From Felis catus (lineage: Eukaryota): a stretch of 64,000 nt of DNA. The stretch lies in assembly GCF_018350175.1 (NCBI RefSeq), contig NC_058368.1, positions 5,518,001 through 5,582,000 on the forward strand, given 5' to 3'. The first letter of the stretch is position 1. Every line of letters begins with the position of its first letter. A program made the position numbers and the translations under genes. A model generated the notes under the pieces. The model did not search any database and was not told the origin of the DNA. It worked only from the letters and a program-made list of their open reading frames with translations. Positions 11,951-25,731 of the stretch are shown in pieces.

Positions 11951-13234
11951 ATTTACATTCCTAAAATGACTGTATATCTTGCACCACCAACATATACGGC
12001 AAGATGATAGCACAGCTACCTGTTTTTGGCCTCACGTGGCACAGACTTGTCACATTGTGCCAGTAGCCTGCATTCAACCTTCAGTGTACCTGAAGGGGGA
12101 CAGCCTCCATACAGGGAACGTTATCAAAACATCTACAAATAAGCGATGCCTCCTGAGCTCTCCGATTAGCGGCTCGGCAGATCCTGTGACCATATTGGCC
12201 TGTATTTCTCAAGGGTGGCTGGATCAGATGAGGGCTCATAGTTATTTCATGCAGATTTGTATCACCAATCATGAGATCTAGGTCGATCATTTTATTCAAC
12301 CGGCAAGTTAAATGCTTACTCTACTGGGTACTGTGTTCAAAAGTTGTTAATAGGGCAAAGGTCTGGAGGGACTGGGGCTCGCGAGAGAGTATGATTTCAG
12401 ACCGACATCACCGTGCAAGGAGTAGATACGTGGCGAGGTGCTTAAACACAGACTTTGTTCGGATGGTTTGCATCGCCCGACATCCCCGAGACCGCTCGAA
12501 AAGACCCAGTAAGCCAGTTTGTGCTAAGCCCTCAAAGTGCTGACGCAGGATGATACTCAGGGGCTTACTGTTGGCTTCTCATAGTCAGAGCATTCGGATC
12601 GAAAGAGCAGCCTTCTGGGTTAGCCCTTCCCAGGGGAGCCCTGTGTGAAGCCAAGGATGGTTGCCTGCTACGTGTCATTAAAAGCTGTCGCAAAAAGCCT
12701 CTAATGAGCCCATAATGTTTTTAAGGCTGTTAGTAGAAAACAGAATCAAGAGCCGTGGCATGTTTGGCCAGGAAGTTTGCAAGAAGTGCCCACTGGCAGA
12801 GTGGTCAGGAGAAGTGGGGTGTTTTGAACTCCTCTCCACGGGCGCTGGAATTAGATCTCACAGAGGTGCACAGTTGCTTTTGCACTTCTTCCAGTCTCTC
12901 CGTCTGTGAGTAGGAGTACTCTTTCAGGATTATACACTGGTAGCATGTTCCCATTTATATGGAAGTTGATGTACTTTTAAGTAGAACTGTATTTTTCCTA
13001 TTATTCATAATTACGGTTAGAGAGATAATTAGTCCTAGAACCATGATTTTGGTAGTTAGTCACCATTTACTGAATGTCCACTGGGGTAGGGGATGGAGAG
13101 GGAAGGATGGAAAAGAAGGAAAAAGTGAAATTGAGGGAGACAAATGCATTCCCCCATAATGGTAAAATCATTACACTGGATACACTGAGTTTACTTTAAG
13201 AGAGATACCCGCTAAATAGTTCTGGGATCAATTC

Positions 13235-13450
13235 TTTTTTTTTTTTTTTTAACTTTTTTTAAATTAATATGTTTGTTTTTGAGAGAGAGAGAACACAGAA
13301 GGGGCAGAGAGAGAGAGAGAATGAGAATGAATCCCAAGCAGGCTCTGTACCATCAGTATGGAGCCTGATGTAGGGCTTGAACCCAAACCGTGAGATCCTG
13401 ACTTCAGCCAAAGTCGGACGCCTAACCAACTGAGCCACCCCGATGCCGCC
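13235..13450 (-). mobile_element. Can-SINE
   Basis: TSD TGGGATC(A/G)ATTCTT at 13223-13236 and 13451-13464. Confidence 0.9.
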
Positions 13451-14021
13451 TGGGATCGATTCTTGAAACGTTGGTGTCCGTGATGTTCCTTCCTGTGGTC
13501 TGTCATCCTCTCTGCTCTTTTATGAGGCAGCTCTTTTATAAGGTTGGGGAAAGGACAGTAACTTCAGTCATACGGCATTTTGTAGGAAACCACATCTTTG
13601 ATATTGCCACGGTGTGGTCCGAAATTTTTAAGGATGGAGAGAAATCCTTCCACAGGAGGGCCTCCATAGCACCTCAGGTGTGGGGGGAAATGCTAGGGTG
13701 GGTGGAACCCTTCACCGCCAAAGCCGCCGGAGCCGGACACGCTCATCCCTGAAAGTCTGTGAATGTTGCTCATTTAGAACTAGGTCTATGGTGCTACCCT
13801 ATGCAACCCATTATCTCACGGATGGTATTTTTTCTCTATATGCACCCCTTCTGCTTTTGAGAACGTGCTCCGCTCTAGTCCCAACCCTATGAGGCTGCCT
13901 CTTGGTCAGGCATTGAATTTTTGCAGTAAAACCTGAACTGCGTTTTCAGTTACGTCTTTGTGAGGTGCCATCTCTCATGGCTTCCTCCTGTAGAAGATAG
14001 CTCTTTTCTATGTGTACATTC

Positions 14022-14239
14022 AAAAAAAATTTTTTTTAATGTTTATTTCTTTTTGAAGGAGAGAGAGAGAGAGACAGAGTGTGAGCGGGGGAGGGACAGA
14101 GAGAGAGGGAGACATAAGAATCCGAACCAGGTGCCAGGCTCCAAGCTGTCAGCGAGGCTCGAACTCACGGGCTGTGAGATCATGACCTAAGCCGAAGTCG
14201 GATGTGGATGCGTAACCAACTGAGCCACCCGGGTGCCCC
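14022..14239 (-). mobile_element. Can-SINE
   Basis: Antisense SINE body; TGTGTACATT occurs on both flanks. Confidence 0.9.
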
Positions 14240-14722
14240 TCTGTGTGTACATTTTTATAATAAGGGAGCACTTGAGTCTAATTGAGAGCCCCTGAGTGAG
14301 TTTAAATGTCACTTCTTTGTGCCTATACATAAACTGACCTCAGGTACCTACTGGGTCTGCCCAGACACACCCTCTTGCCCCGCCCTTCCCCTGCAGCCTC
14401 TCACATCTGTCCCTCTGCTCTAGGGACTGTCCCAAGCTACCAACGTTATTTGCTTTTGGAGCTAGGGGCTACGATCAGATGCACTAAGAACTGAGACATG
14501 AGATTAAATTTGAGAGAGTCACACATTTTGGGTCAGAGCACAGAGATAGAATGTTCCAGAAGGGGAAAGCTTTCCAGGAGGCCTGGACAACTGGTCCTGT
14601 ATCAAGTGCACTAAATGCATCTAAGGAACAAACACAGAGGTCAGGACGCATATTGGTCAGCCAGGGAGGCCCTTATTAAATAGACACGTAGGATAGTTCA
14701 ATTGTTTTTAGATTTTAGACAC

Positions 14723-14919
14723 TTTTTTTTTTTTTAATTTCAAAGAGAGAAAATGTCGGAGTGGGGTTGAAGGGCAGAGGGAGAGAGAGAGAAAATCTCA
14801 AGCAGGCTTCATGCTCAGCATGGAGTCCAATGCAGGGCTCAACCCCAGGACCCTGGGACCACGACCCAAACCAAAATCAAGAGGCAGACGCTCAACCAAC
14901 TGAGCCACCCAGGCACCCC
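14723..14919 (-). mobile_element. Can-SINE (older subfamily)
   Basis: Antisense SINE body; TAGATTTTAG occurs on both flanks. Confidence 0.88.
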
Positions 14920-15303
14920 TAGATTTTAGGCTTCTATGTTAGGTGTTCGTGTATCTACAAACAGATTTGTTTTTTTAAGATGTCGCAATTTTTGAAACTT
15001 TTAAGATTACTGACTGCTATAAGAAGTAAGGTGTAATATTGTTTTTTAATGAAAGAGTTTCATAAGGATGTTATCTTTAAATTAATAGGGAAAATGGACA
15101 TTTTCACAAATTAAATCACAGATGTTGGTCTCTGTGACATTAAAAACAACTTAGTCCTATAGACCAAAGTCCTTAGACCAAATTTTGGTTAGTATTTCCT
15201 CCCTCTCACCCTCTTATGTGAGACACTCAGATTTGAAGACTATTTTAAACGACATTCCAACCCTAGTTTGTACTTACTAGTTGAGGGTTAAAAGCAAAGA
15301 AGA

Positions 15304-15490
15304 GGGCACCTGGATGGCTCAGTGGTTATGTGTCTGACTTTTGGTTTGGGCTCAAGTCACGATCTCATGGTTTGTGAGTTTGAGCCCCACATCCGGCTCT
15401 GTGCTGACAGTGCTTGGGATCCTCTCTCTCCCTCTCTCTGCCCCTTCCTGGCATGCTGTCTCTCTCTAAATAAATAAATTTAAAAAAAAA
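15304..15490 (+). mobile_element. Can-SINE
   Basis: SINE head and tail; TSD AAAAGCAAAGAAGA. Confidence 0.88.
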
Positions 15491-15689
15491 GCAAAGAAGA
15501 ACATACAAAGCTTGAAAGAAGGGGATGAGATTCAGTGTTCCTGCTAATTGTTAAATGTCACCTTCTGAAACTTTTACATGTATCTTCTGCTTTGGAAACG
15601 TAAGCCCAGCTAATTAAAACATTTGAACAAGAGAGATCTTGTGATCTTGTCCAGGTCAGTGTTGCCTGCTTTGGTGTTGTCCAGAGGCA

Positions 15690-15810
15690 AGCAACATCAC
15701 CATCACCTGGGAGCTTGTTAAATGCACACTTGTGCATCAGAACCTGTATTTTTACAAGCTCTCCAAGTGATGCTGATGCTCACTTAAAATTTGAGACTCA
15801 TTGACCTAGG
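15690..15810. mobile_element. MER5-like hAT-Charlie relic
   Basis: ATCACCTGGGAGCTTGTTAAATGCA...ATCAGAACCTGTATTTTTACAAGCTCTCCAAGTGATGCTGATGC resembles MER5A. Confidence 0.6.
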
Positions 15811-16970
15811 CCAGTGGCTTCAAACTTCATTCTCCGTCATAGGGACTATACAGAATAACTAAATTTGAGTCTAATTAGTAAATGTGCTTAGTGAATCTGG
15901 TTAATGAGTAAGTGTTGAAGTTCTCTTGGGTGCCCCTGGGTGGATGGAGTTTCTCGCAACTCGCCTGGCTGAGCTGAGCTCAGTTTGCAAATCAGTAATA
16001 GAGATTCACCCCACTTTACAAATGAGATCTCTGGGCTCTAAGGAGGAAGGGATTTGTTTAAACTTGCTCAGATGATATTGCAAAGCAGAATTTAGAAACT
16101 TGTTTTGAGACCAGGGCTTTTGTAGATCAGATAAATTAATGCATGATCATTAAATCTAGAAAAGCAGTTACCAAAGGTACTACTTAAGCATCATAGTTGA
16201 AATAACTTTAGAAAGTACATTTTAAAGTTTCAGGAACACATATCCCATGAAATTAGATACTCCAGGATACTGAATTTTTTTAAGTCTCCAAAGGAAAACT
16301 TACTTTTTATTTTAGAATCTATTGTGTTCGCCAAAAAAGTAGGTAGAATATCTCTCCAGTTGATTAAAGATCTTTGATTTTATGTTTTTATTCACAAGGC
16401 ACTAAAGTAGTTATAGAACTGTCCCAAGTGCCTAGCTTAGCTCAGATGTGGCCTGGAATTCTTATTTTATGGGTTGAATGTACTATATGCTGGGAAGTGT
16501 GGCATGTGATTCCAGGTTACAAATTAAGATTAAAAAAGGAGGTGGTTTGTGCTTCGTGGCAACTTGGCGTACTAAAACACTACGTATGACCGAGGCGTAA
16601 TGGTGCCTATTCCGTTTTGTAGAAATTAGCTGTTTGACATCTGTTTTGAACCCCTCGTGTGTGCTAGAATTATATTTTCTCAAGGCATCGCAGCCGAGGG
16701 CATCATAAATCCTTGATGAGAATTTCATGCTTCTAAAATGCTGGTATATGACTCAGTTTATATATCCCAGTCAGGTTTTCTCTTTATTCTTGCTTTTTTG
16801 GGAAAACGCAGCTTTGGACTTGCATAGATTTTGCTCGAAGCCATCGGAATCATGACTCAACTCGTCTGAGATTCAAATCCCACAGTGGCAAAAGTAGTGA
16901 GTGGATTTGACTTGCTACTTGGCTCTTGTTGGTTGGCTTACTGCTAAACCCAATAATGAGAAAACACCTT

Positions 16971-17186
16971 AAAAATATTTTTTAATGTTTATTTTTGAGA
17001 GAGAGAGAGACTGTGTGCGCATGAGCAGGGGAGGGGCAGAGAGGGAGGGAGACACAAAATCCCAAGCAGGCTCCAGGCTCTGAGCTGTCAGCACAGAGCC
17101 CGATGCAGGGCTCGAACCCACGAACTGTGAGATCATGACCTGAGCCAAAGTTGGACACTTAACCGACTGAGCTACCCAGGCGCCCC
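16971..17186 (-). mobile_element. Can-SINE
   Basis: Antisense, full-length; AAAACACCTT occurs on both flanks. Confidence 0.92.
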
Positions 17187-17574
17187 AAGAAAAAAAAACA
17201 CCTTTAACCTCAGAGAAAACCACGGACTTGTTTAGTGGCTTCCCTATTTGGCCACCACAACCCATCCAGCCTCCCACCACACATGTTCTTGTGGTTGAGC
17301 TTTCTGCCCTGCAGAGTCCCCTTTTGCCCCGTATACCCCCTTTTGCTCTGAATCACTCCAGGTCAGCTGGAGACCAACTTACTCGATGACTTGGGTGGCA
17401 AGGAAGATTCTCAAGTCGTCGTAGCCCCAGACTCCCCAGGGCTGTGTGTCTGTCCCATGTGCTCCTGTACAGAAGACGAGTTCGAGATTAAACGATAGTG
17501 GAGTTTCACTTCAGTGAGTGAATGAATGTATTTTGAAGAGCCAGTGATGTAATCATGGAGAGGAGTGATCAATG

Positions 17575-18116
17575 CAGAGGCTCCCAGACTCCCTGCGTTC
17601 GCAGAACTGTAGTGTCTCAGTGATTGCTTTGCAAAGCCCCTAGGCCAAGAAAGAACATTGAATACATTGAGCAGTTTCTAACTACGAGGAAGGTAAGGTC
17701 AAACAATGAAAGAAGTATTTATGTTCTAACAACTTAGTAGACGTTCGAAACAATCACGGACATAGCTGGAAAGAAATAATACTTTATCTCACCCTTACTA
17801 ACCATAACCACTCACCGATGCTCTGGTGTGGGGCACCTGTTGAGCCTTGGACAACTTCTCAAACCTCAAAGAAAGCATGGATGTTTCAGCCCGCATTTCC
17901 TATTTCACATTGATTTCTGCTTTTTATCATAGCAGCCGTGAAAACTCAGCTTCACAAAGATATGTCATAAAAAGGAATGTAGCATGATCTAATATTGGAA
18001 CCGTGAGCTCCTTCGAGCTAGTGTTTCGTGCGACTACCTGAGGGATATTGCTGGTTTTCCCTTGAAAATCCATAACTTCCCACTGCAGCACTGCAGGGCC
18101 CTTACAGGGAACCATG
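17575..18116. mobile_element. Probable hAT-Charlie DNA transposon fossil
   Basis: The ends CAGAGGCTCCCAGACT and GGGAACCATGG resemble decayed Charlie terminal inverted repeats (CAGTGGTTCCCAAACT). Family recalled, not verified. Confidence 0.45.
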
Positions 18117-19334
18117 GGTTGGATGGTGTCCCGTTCTCAGACGTGTCCGATTTTTTCTAGCAATTGAAGTTTTGCAGATGGGGTAGGAGATAACATTTGT
18201 CTCACACAGGCAATGTGTGATTTCACATAAATACATCAACCATCTCATGAGGTAGGCTGTTCTCATTTTCCCCATTTCATTGATGGGAAGACAAGGACTC
18301 AGAATTACTTCTTCTGTGTAAATAGAATGGGGAACAGAAGAAGGTCACGTTCAGTTATTTAACTTTGAATCCCACATTGGTGTCTCCATACCATATGTGA
18401 CCTCTGCTTCTGTTGAGCTTAGAGGAGAAATGGGAAATCAGAGTCGTGTAGCAGATGAGAATTGTGGGGCTGTGCCTGCCGATCAGGAGCTTAATGAGAG
18501 AGGTACGTCAAGGTCAGCCCTTGGCTCTAAGTAGCCCTTGCACAAATGTGGAAGGAAGAGCTACAGTTTACATCTCTGTCCGTTAACATTGCTTCCAGTA
18601 ATTTCCCATTAGGCTACATTAAAGTAAGTCTAGCATCTGCTACCAGGGAGATGGGGATTCTGTTCCATTCTGCTCGTAGCTGTCTGGAAGATCATACTTG
18701 GAAGCTATTTTTAAGCTCTGAAGCGTGTCTGTTAAACAGTGGGTGAGGGACCTGGGACTGTTGAGCTCGTAGCCAGTGAACTGTGGGAGGAAGGATGTGA
18801 TGGATGTCTCTAGTTCAGCCTTCCTGACATTTGAAAGATGAGTTCTACTTGTTCTAGCCTAACCCAAAGGACAGAATTAGTGCTTTTAGGTTATCAACCA
18901 CAAAAAAGTAGCAGTAATGATTTTTGGTGGTTGCAGTTGCCCTAGGAGGCCATAAACTCCCGTTATGGAAAGTCACTGTGAGAATGATTAAAGAGATAGT
19001 AGATTGTACAACATGGCTCCTAAAAGCCTTTCAACCCCCAGATTCTGTTTTTCTCATTTGCTAATTTCCATTCCTTTGAGCTAAGGCTCCCAGAGTACCT
19101 GTGCTTTAAGTTCAGTTTGCTGTCTCACCAGGCACAGAATGGTCTCTGGGTTGGTAGAATTAAATGTAAGGTAAATTGTAAGTTTTCCATTGGAAACAGG
19201 TATTCTGGAGGTCAGAGGCCATGTGAGAAGTCATAGTTGTACTGAGAAAGTCCTTGCGTGTCTATTCTAGCTTACAAGTACCGTGCATATGTGGGTGCAG
19301 CCAGTATACCTCTGGGAGACCCAGACAGGCCTTT

Positions 19335-19340
<6 letters not shown>

Positions 19341-19382
<42 letters not shown>

Positions 19383-19384
19383 AT

Positions 19385-19416
<32 letters not shown>
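19341..19416. repeat. (GT)20-GCATGC-(AC)15 compound palindromic microsatellite
   Basis: Read directly from the sequence. Confidence 0.95.
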
Positions 19417-19418
<2 letters not shown>

Positions 19419-20169
19419 CATTCGGGAGTTTACCCGTGAATTTTTTTTTCCACCCAAAGTGACTCTCAGCTTACCAGTTCAGAATTTAAAATAAATCAGT
19501 CCCGAGGTACTAATAGTTTTTACCATGTCGTTGTATTATCTGGTCTTACACTGCGAACAAATACTTCGTTATAATGAACTTTGCTGTGCTTTAGAGCCCG
19601 TATATTTACATTGGGTCTTCTTCCCAGATGATTTGAGGGCTTTTAAGAAATAGCCCCCATCCTTCGATTCCTTGCGGAAACAGCCCATCTTCCTGCAAAG
19701 GCTGTCTTATCTTGGGCTTTGGGCTGTGCTCCTGCACAGTTCAGCTTTGGTAGTCCTGTCCCGGTGACCGCCCCGCCCCCTCCCCCCCCTTCTTAAATCC
19801 TTGTGCCTTGGCTGCCCTTCAGACACTGCCTCCATTTCTGAGGTGGAGAAGGGAGAGGCTTTCTTCTCCCTTACCCTCATCCTCTTTCTGCACTTCTCAA
19901 GCCATGCCAGTTTTCTTTCCCTTCTGTGAAAGCCGATTTTACAGACAGTTCCCTTGCCAGCCCTGGGTTGTGTATGACGTACAGCAAAGCAAAAATGGGG
20001 TCTGTGCTAGTCTTCTGATTTATTTGGAAGGCATTTCCTAAGACCTCTGTATCCAGCTTCCCTGCCTTCATCGTTCGGCGGGGGACGCATGTGCCCCTGA
20101 GGAGTTTGCACGTATGGTTACCACCGTGCAGAGCGATTACAAACAGGCTGTGTTTTCAGTTAGTTTTGA

Positions 20170-20634
<465 letters not shown>

Positions 20635-22237
20635 TGACCTCGGTCCAGCCCTAAGAACCCTGCCCCCTCTTTTGCGGTTGTGTCTAGACAAAATCGCCGG
20701 AGTATTTGCATTTCCCTGTGGTCTTGCTCTTGTGCGGTTTGAGGGCCCTGTGCTGCGGGTTGTTGTGGTTGTCGCGGTTGTATTTGTCAGCGGTGAGGTT
20801 GGCCGAGCTCTCTGTCCTCCAGACGAGGCATCGTCCCTGACAGATAGGTCTCGGGTCCTGCTGATGAGAGCCTCTCACCCTCAACTCCCACATCGGCTGC
20901 CTGTCCTGGTCCTGTTCCTTATGGCTTCCCTTGCTAAAGGATGGCCATGCTCATAGCATTAATTCTCTACCGTCCCCATCCCAGAGTCTCTCCTCTTTTC
21001 AGAAGGCGCTAGAACACTCTCTCATCAGGCATTGAAAGTCAGGGGAAAGCAGTGATTTACAACCGCCAGCCACCCTTCTCTACGGCCATAACCAGGGTGC
21101 TGCCCAGACCCGCTGCTCTGAGATGAACCCACGGTCAACAGCAAACAGCCTCTCGCTGCCAGACCAAGTGCAGCCCGTTCCTCTCTGGATCACATGTTGC
21201 CCGCAAGAGGGGCCCAGTGTACTTTGTAGTTAATGAACAGATGACCTGACAATGAGAGAAATGTCTGCTCCTCAGAGAGAGCCAAAACCTGAAGGAAAAT
21301 AGCCAACCGCCTCACCCTAGGTATGACAGATCTAGATCATTTGCCCCGCTTGATCATCCAGAAAATCTAGACCTCACAATGGACACCGATCATGGCCTCC
21401 TGTCTACAGGTTACAGTAACTTGTGATTAAACGCCTGCGCGTTTGGTGGTTAGCCAGTGTTTTGTCATTTCAAGTATGTGTTAACCTTAATCACGTGAAC
21501 ACAAGTAATAGTGGCGTTTTCTCCCTTCAAGCTGAAACTGGGGGCTGCGTATACGATGTGAAAGAGCTTCCAACGCCCCCAGGGGTGCAGGCTGGTCCTG
21601 CGCAGCTTGGGGGCTCTCCCTCCCCAGAGCGGGGTTCTAGAGCATTAGATCACCTCTCAGACTCCCTCCCGGCTCGTGGTTCTGCAGACACAGGGAGGAA
21701 TTTACAAAATCCTCCTGGCTCTGGAAAGCCCACGAAATCAGTCTTGTTTCTCTGTTGATTTCAAAGAAATCCTCAAGGTAATTGCTAAAGTTGGTAGGGG
21801 AAGGAATTCTGATTTTCCAGGTGGGAACACTGGGGCTCCTTCCCATTAGGTGACCTGCCTCGGGTCCGAGCACCGGGGGTCAGAGAACACCAGACCTGCA
21901 CGTGACCTTGGGGACCAGTCCCGCACACCTGCCCGTTCACTTTCCCGAGTCCACCACTCCGAGGCCTGTGAGACTCCCACTTCCTGTAGTCTGTCAGCAA
22001 CTGTAGATGTTATACACCCCAGCATTATTAAATACTTGAGTTATGGCATCATGTGGCTGGAAGGGATCTTTAGAGGTTTCCTAGGAGTTCCAGGCAAATA
22101 TTTGCCTGTCTTTTTCTTTCAAATGTCTGGGGAAGGGAGATTCCATGACCTGCTTTATTGAAACTGCATACTAATAGGCTGTGGGATCTGGAGCAGTGAT
22201 TGCTCTCTTCAAGTTGACAGCATGAAAGCAGGGTAGG

Positions 22238-22240
<3 letters not shown>

Positions 22241-22274
<34 letters not shown>

Positions 22275-22287
22275 GTGAGTGAGTGAG
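22241..22287. repeat. (GA)15(GTGA)4 compound microsatellite
   Basis: Read directly from the sequence. Confidence 0.93.
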
Positions 22288-22917
22288 TTAGGGGTCTCCT
22301 TCCCCTTCCAGTGTCATAGCCGCTGCCAAAGGAACTGATGCACGGCCCCATGTGTCTGTGGGTCTTTGTTTCTCCTGTCCGTGGTCCTGCCCGTGCCTGG
22401 GGAGGGGTCCTGCTGCTTCAGGGTAGCCTTCCTCCTGGCCTTACACCTTCCCCACCCGACACTGTGCCTCGGCCGCTTCAGTCAGAAGTTAGAGATGCCA
22501 CAGTTTTATGAGTCCCGTTGCCCCTAGTGGAATGATAAACGTCTCTGGCAGAAGTTAACATCGTGTGCTTTGTCTTTTCATTTCACGTGGATGAATACGC
22601 TTTTGATCGGATCTTTGAGGAAGTGCCCCCGGAAGGTTGTATACCGAAGGAAGAAAATGTAGCTCGCAGGCTTGTCCTTGGGAAAAACGATGAAAGAGGC
22701 CAAGCTCTGGTTCTACCTCTTTTCCGCCCGCCTGTGCTTTTATCCTCAGAGGCAGCTGCTGGGACTCACGGCCCCCCTGTGCTGCTGCCTTGCCCGTGGG
22801 CACTCTGTGCTGGCGACAGTAGCCCTCGGCTGCCCGTTCTCCTCAGGAGAGGATCCTTCCTGCCCCCAACCTTCTTAGCGTCTTTTGAGCGACCTCATGA
22901 AAATAGCATTTTGATTT

Positions 22918-22920
<3 letters not shown>

Positions 22921-22958
<38 letters not shown>
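22921..22958. repeat. (GT)19 microsatellite
   Basis: Read directly from the sequence. Confidence 0.95.
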
Positions 22959-22960
<2 letters not shown>

Positions 22961-23452
22961 TTCCTGAAAACAGATCATTGTAGCGCTACACTTGAGTCAT
23001 TCCGGATGACTCTAGCAGATGTTCTCTGTGCCCACCGAAGTTTAGCATCAGGGGGTCCAGGTCAAATGCAAACTTCCTTTTTATTTGTTTAGCCAGTTAT
23101 TTTATGATTCCCCAATCCCCTTTGGAATCCTTAATGAGCTTTTATGGGGAGTTTTATTTTTCCATATGAACCTACTCCTGCCATTTTGAAGTGGCCATTT
23201 AGCTTTTGGAGTACGTAGTTGAGTGACCGCCCTACCCCCATCTCCTGGAACAACTCATGAAATGTGATGTCGTGTCAGATCTTTAAGGCTAATGGAACCT
23301 ATTGTGTGGTTTCCTCTTGAAACAGAATGGTTTTGTTTTTAAATACTGCATTTCTAGTCAGAAATTTTCTTTTCTACAGTTAAATTTAATGTCAAAAGTA
23401 ATCAGAAATAGGCAGTTTGCCATATCAAAAGAATTTTTTTTGCATGCATCAC

Positions 23453-23656
23453 TTTTTTTCTACTTAAAAAATGTTTATTTTGAGAAAGAGAGAGTGCACA
23501 CAAGCAGGGGACGGGCAGAGTGAAAGGGAGAGAGAATCCCAAGCAGGCTCCACGCGGTCAGCACAGAACCCCCTGTGGGGCTCAGTCTCACAAACCATGA
23601 GATCATGAGCTGAAATCAAGAGTCATATGCTTATCTGACTGAGCCACCCAGGTGCC
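23453..23656 (-). mobile_element. Can-SINE adjoining the L1 tail
   Basis: Antisense SINE body ending TGAGCCACCCAGGTGCC. Confidence 0.88.
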
Positions 23657-23661
23657 ACTCT

Positions 23662-24400
23662 ATTTTTTTAAATTTAAATTCGAGTTAACATATAGTGTAG
23701 TATTGGTTTCAGGAGTAGAATTTAGTGATTCATCACTTACATGTAACACCCAGTGCTCATCCCAACAGGTGCCCTCTTTAATGCCCCTCACCCATTTAGC
23801 CCATCCCCCCACCCACTACCCCTCCGCAGCCCTCAGTTTGTTACCTAGATATAAGAGTCTCTTATGGTTTGTCTCCCTCTCTGTTTTTATCTTATTTTTC
23901 CTTCCCTTCCTCTATGTTCATCTGTTTTGTCTCTTAAATTCCACATGAGTGAAATCATATGATATTTGTCTTTCTCTGATTTATCTTGCTTAGCATAATA
24001 TGCTCTGGTTCCATCCATGTTGTTGCAAATGGCAAGATTGCATTCTTTTCTATGTCCGAGTAATACTCCATTGGTAATATATACACCACATCTTCCTTAT
24101 CCATTCAGTTGATGGACATTTGTGCTCTTTCCATAATTTGGCTATTGTTGATAGAGCTGCTACAAACATTGGGGTGCTTGTGCCCCCTTTGAATCAGCAC
24201 TTTTGTATCCTTGGGATAAATACCTAGTAGTGCAAATTGCTGGGTCATAGGGTAGTTCTATTTTTAACTTTTCGAGGGACCTCCACACTGTTTTCCAGAG
24301 CGGCCGCACCAGTTTGCATTCCCACCAGCAGGGCAGGAGGGTTCCCCTTTCCCCACATCCTTGCCAGCATCTGTCGTTTCTTGAGTTTCTAATGTTTGTG
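23662..24400 (-). mobile_element. 5'-truncated carnivore L1 (ORF2 C-terminus plus 3'UTR)
   Basis: Minus-strand translation CWQGCGERGTLLPCWWECKLVRPLWKTVWRSLEKLKIELPYDPAI is the L1 ORF2p Cys-rich C-terminus. The 3'UTR contains the carnivore L1 motif ACACCCAGTGCTCATCCCAACAGGTGCCCTC. Confidence 0.92.
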
Positions 24401-25458
24401 GATATTCTCAATATAGCCTGATGATCTCTCTTAGGAGAGTGAGCCTGAGGACGACGACGACCCTGTGACTTGGAGTGGGTTTAGTTCAAGGCAACCGACG
24501 GGACACCAGTGTGACACAAGACTAATTAATGCGTAGACATTGTGAATTTAAACAGGATTGCCCCTAATGGTGCCTTTGTACCGGAGCACGACACGGTCCA
24601 CAAAAACAAACAACAGCAACAAAGAACAAACCTTATTTCCCTCCCTCTAGCTCAGTATTCGCTTTTGGGGACCTTTGTGAGGTAGGACACAGAAAGCCAA
24701 GCCAGGCTAAGAGGAAGCAGATAGGATTCAAGTGGCGCCCGAAGACCCTCCTACCCCAAAGAAGATTCAAATATCTCATTTGATATTGGATATTGCTCAG
24801 TATTTCAAGCAGCGAGAGCCATTACATCATCATCGACCTCGTACCCACTGCCTGCTGGTTTTTTGTTTTTCTTGACTGCATAGCACTCTAGCAAGAAGTA
24901 CGGTTCCCTGGTTGGAAGCAAAAAAGGAGGACACAATGAGTGTAGAAGTGAAGGCTGTGTGTGTGTGTGCCCGAGTGCGGGTGCCCCTCTGTGCACGTGC
25001 AGTTGCTTTTAACCTGCAGGCTGATGGTGGAAATAGGTCGTGTACACATATGTGCGTCCCTTTGGTAAAAAGGGTACTGGTGCCTGAGCGTTCCTGTCCC
25101 TTGCTCCCGAAGTCACCATAAAATCTAGTCGAAGAGAAGCATCTGGTTGCTTTGCTTTTCTTCCAATTCAAGTGGTCACCTTCTCCTAAGAGTTGAGGAC
25201 CCTCCCGCCCCGGCAAAAAAAAGCATTTGTGTAAACAGAACGTCAGGAGAATAACAGTTGGAGGTCCACTGTTGTGTTTGGGGGAAAATAACAATTAGGT
25301 GGATCTGAGAGGAGATTTTAGTCGTCCTCACTGGACCTGAAAGCTTTGCCTTTTGTTTTCGGGAGGGAGCGTTTTTCTCGGGTTATCCGCACACTCCGCT
25401 TTCCTCTACTCCCTTACCCGTCTCCCAAGGCCATTTTGCAGCTTCTGTTCCTAAATGA

Positions 25459-25731
<273 letters not shown>

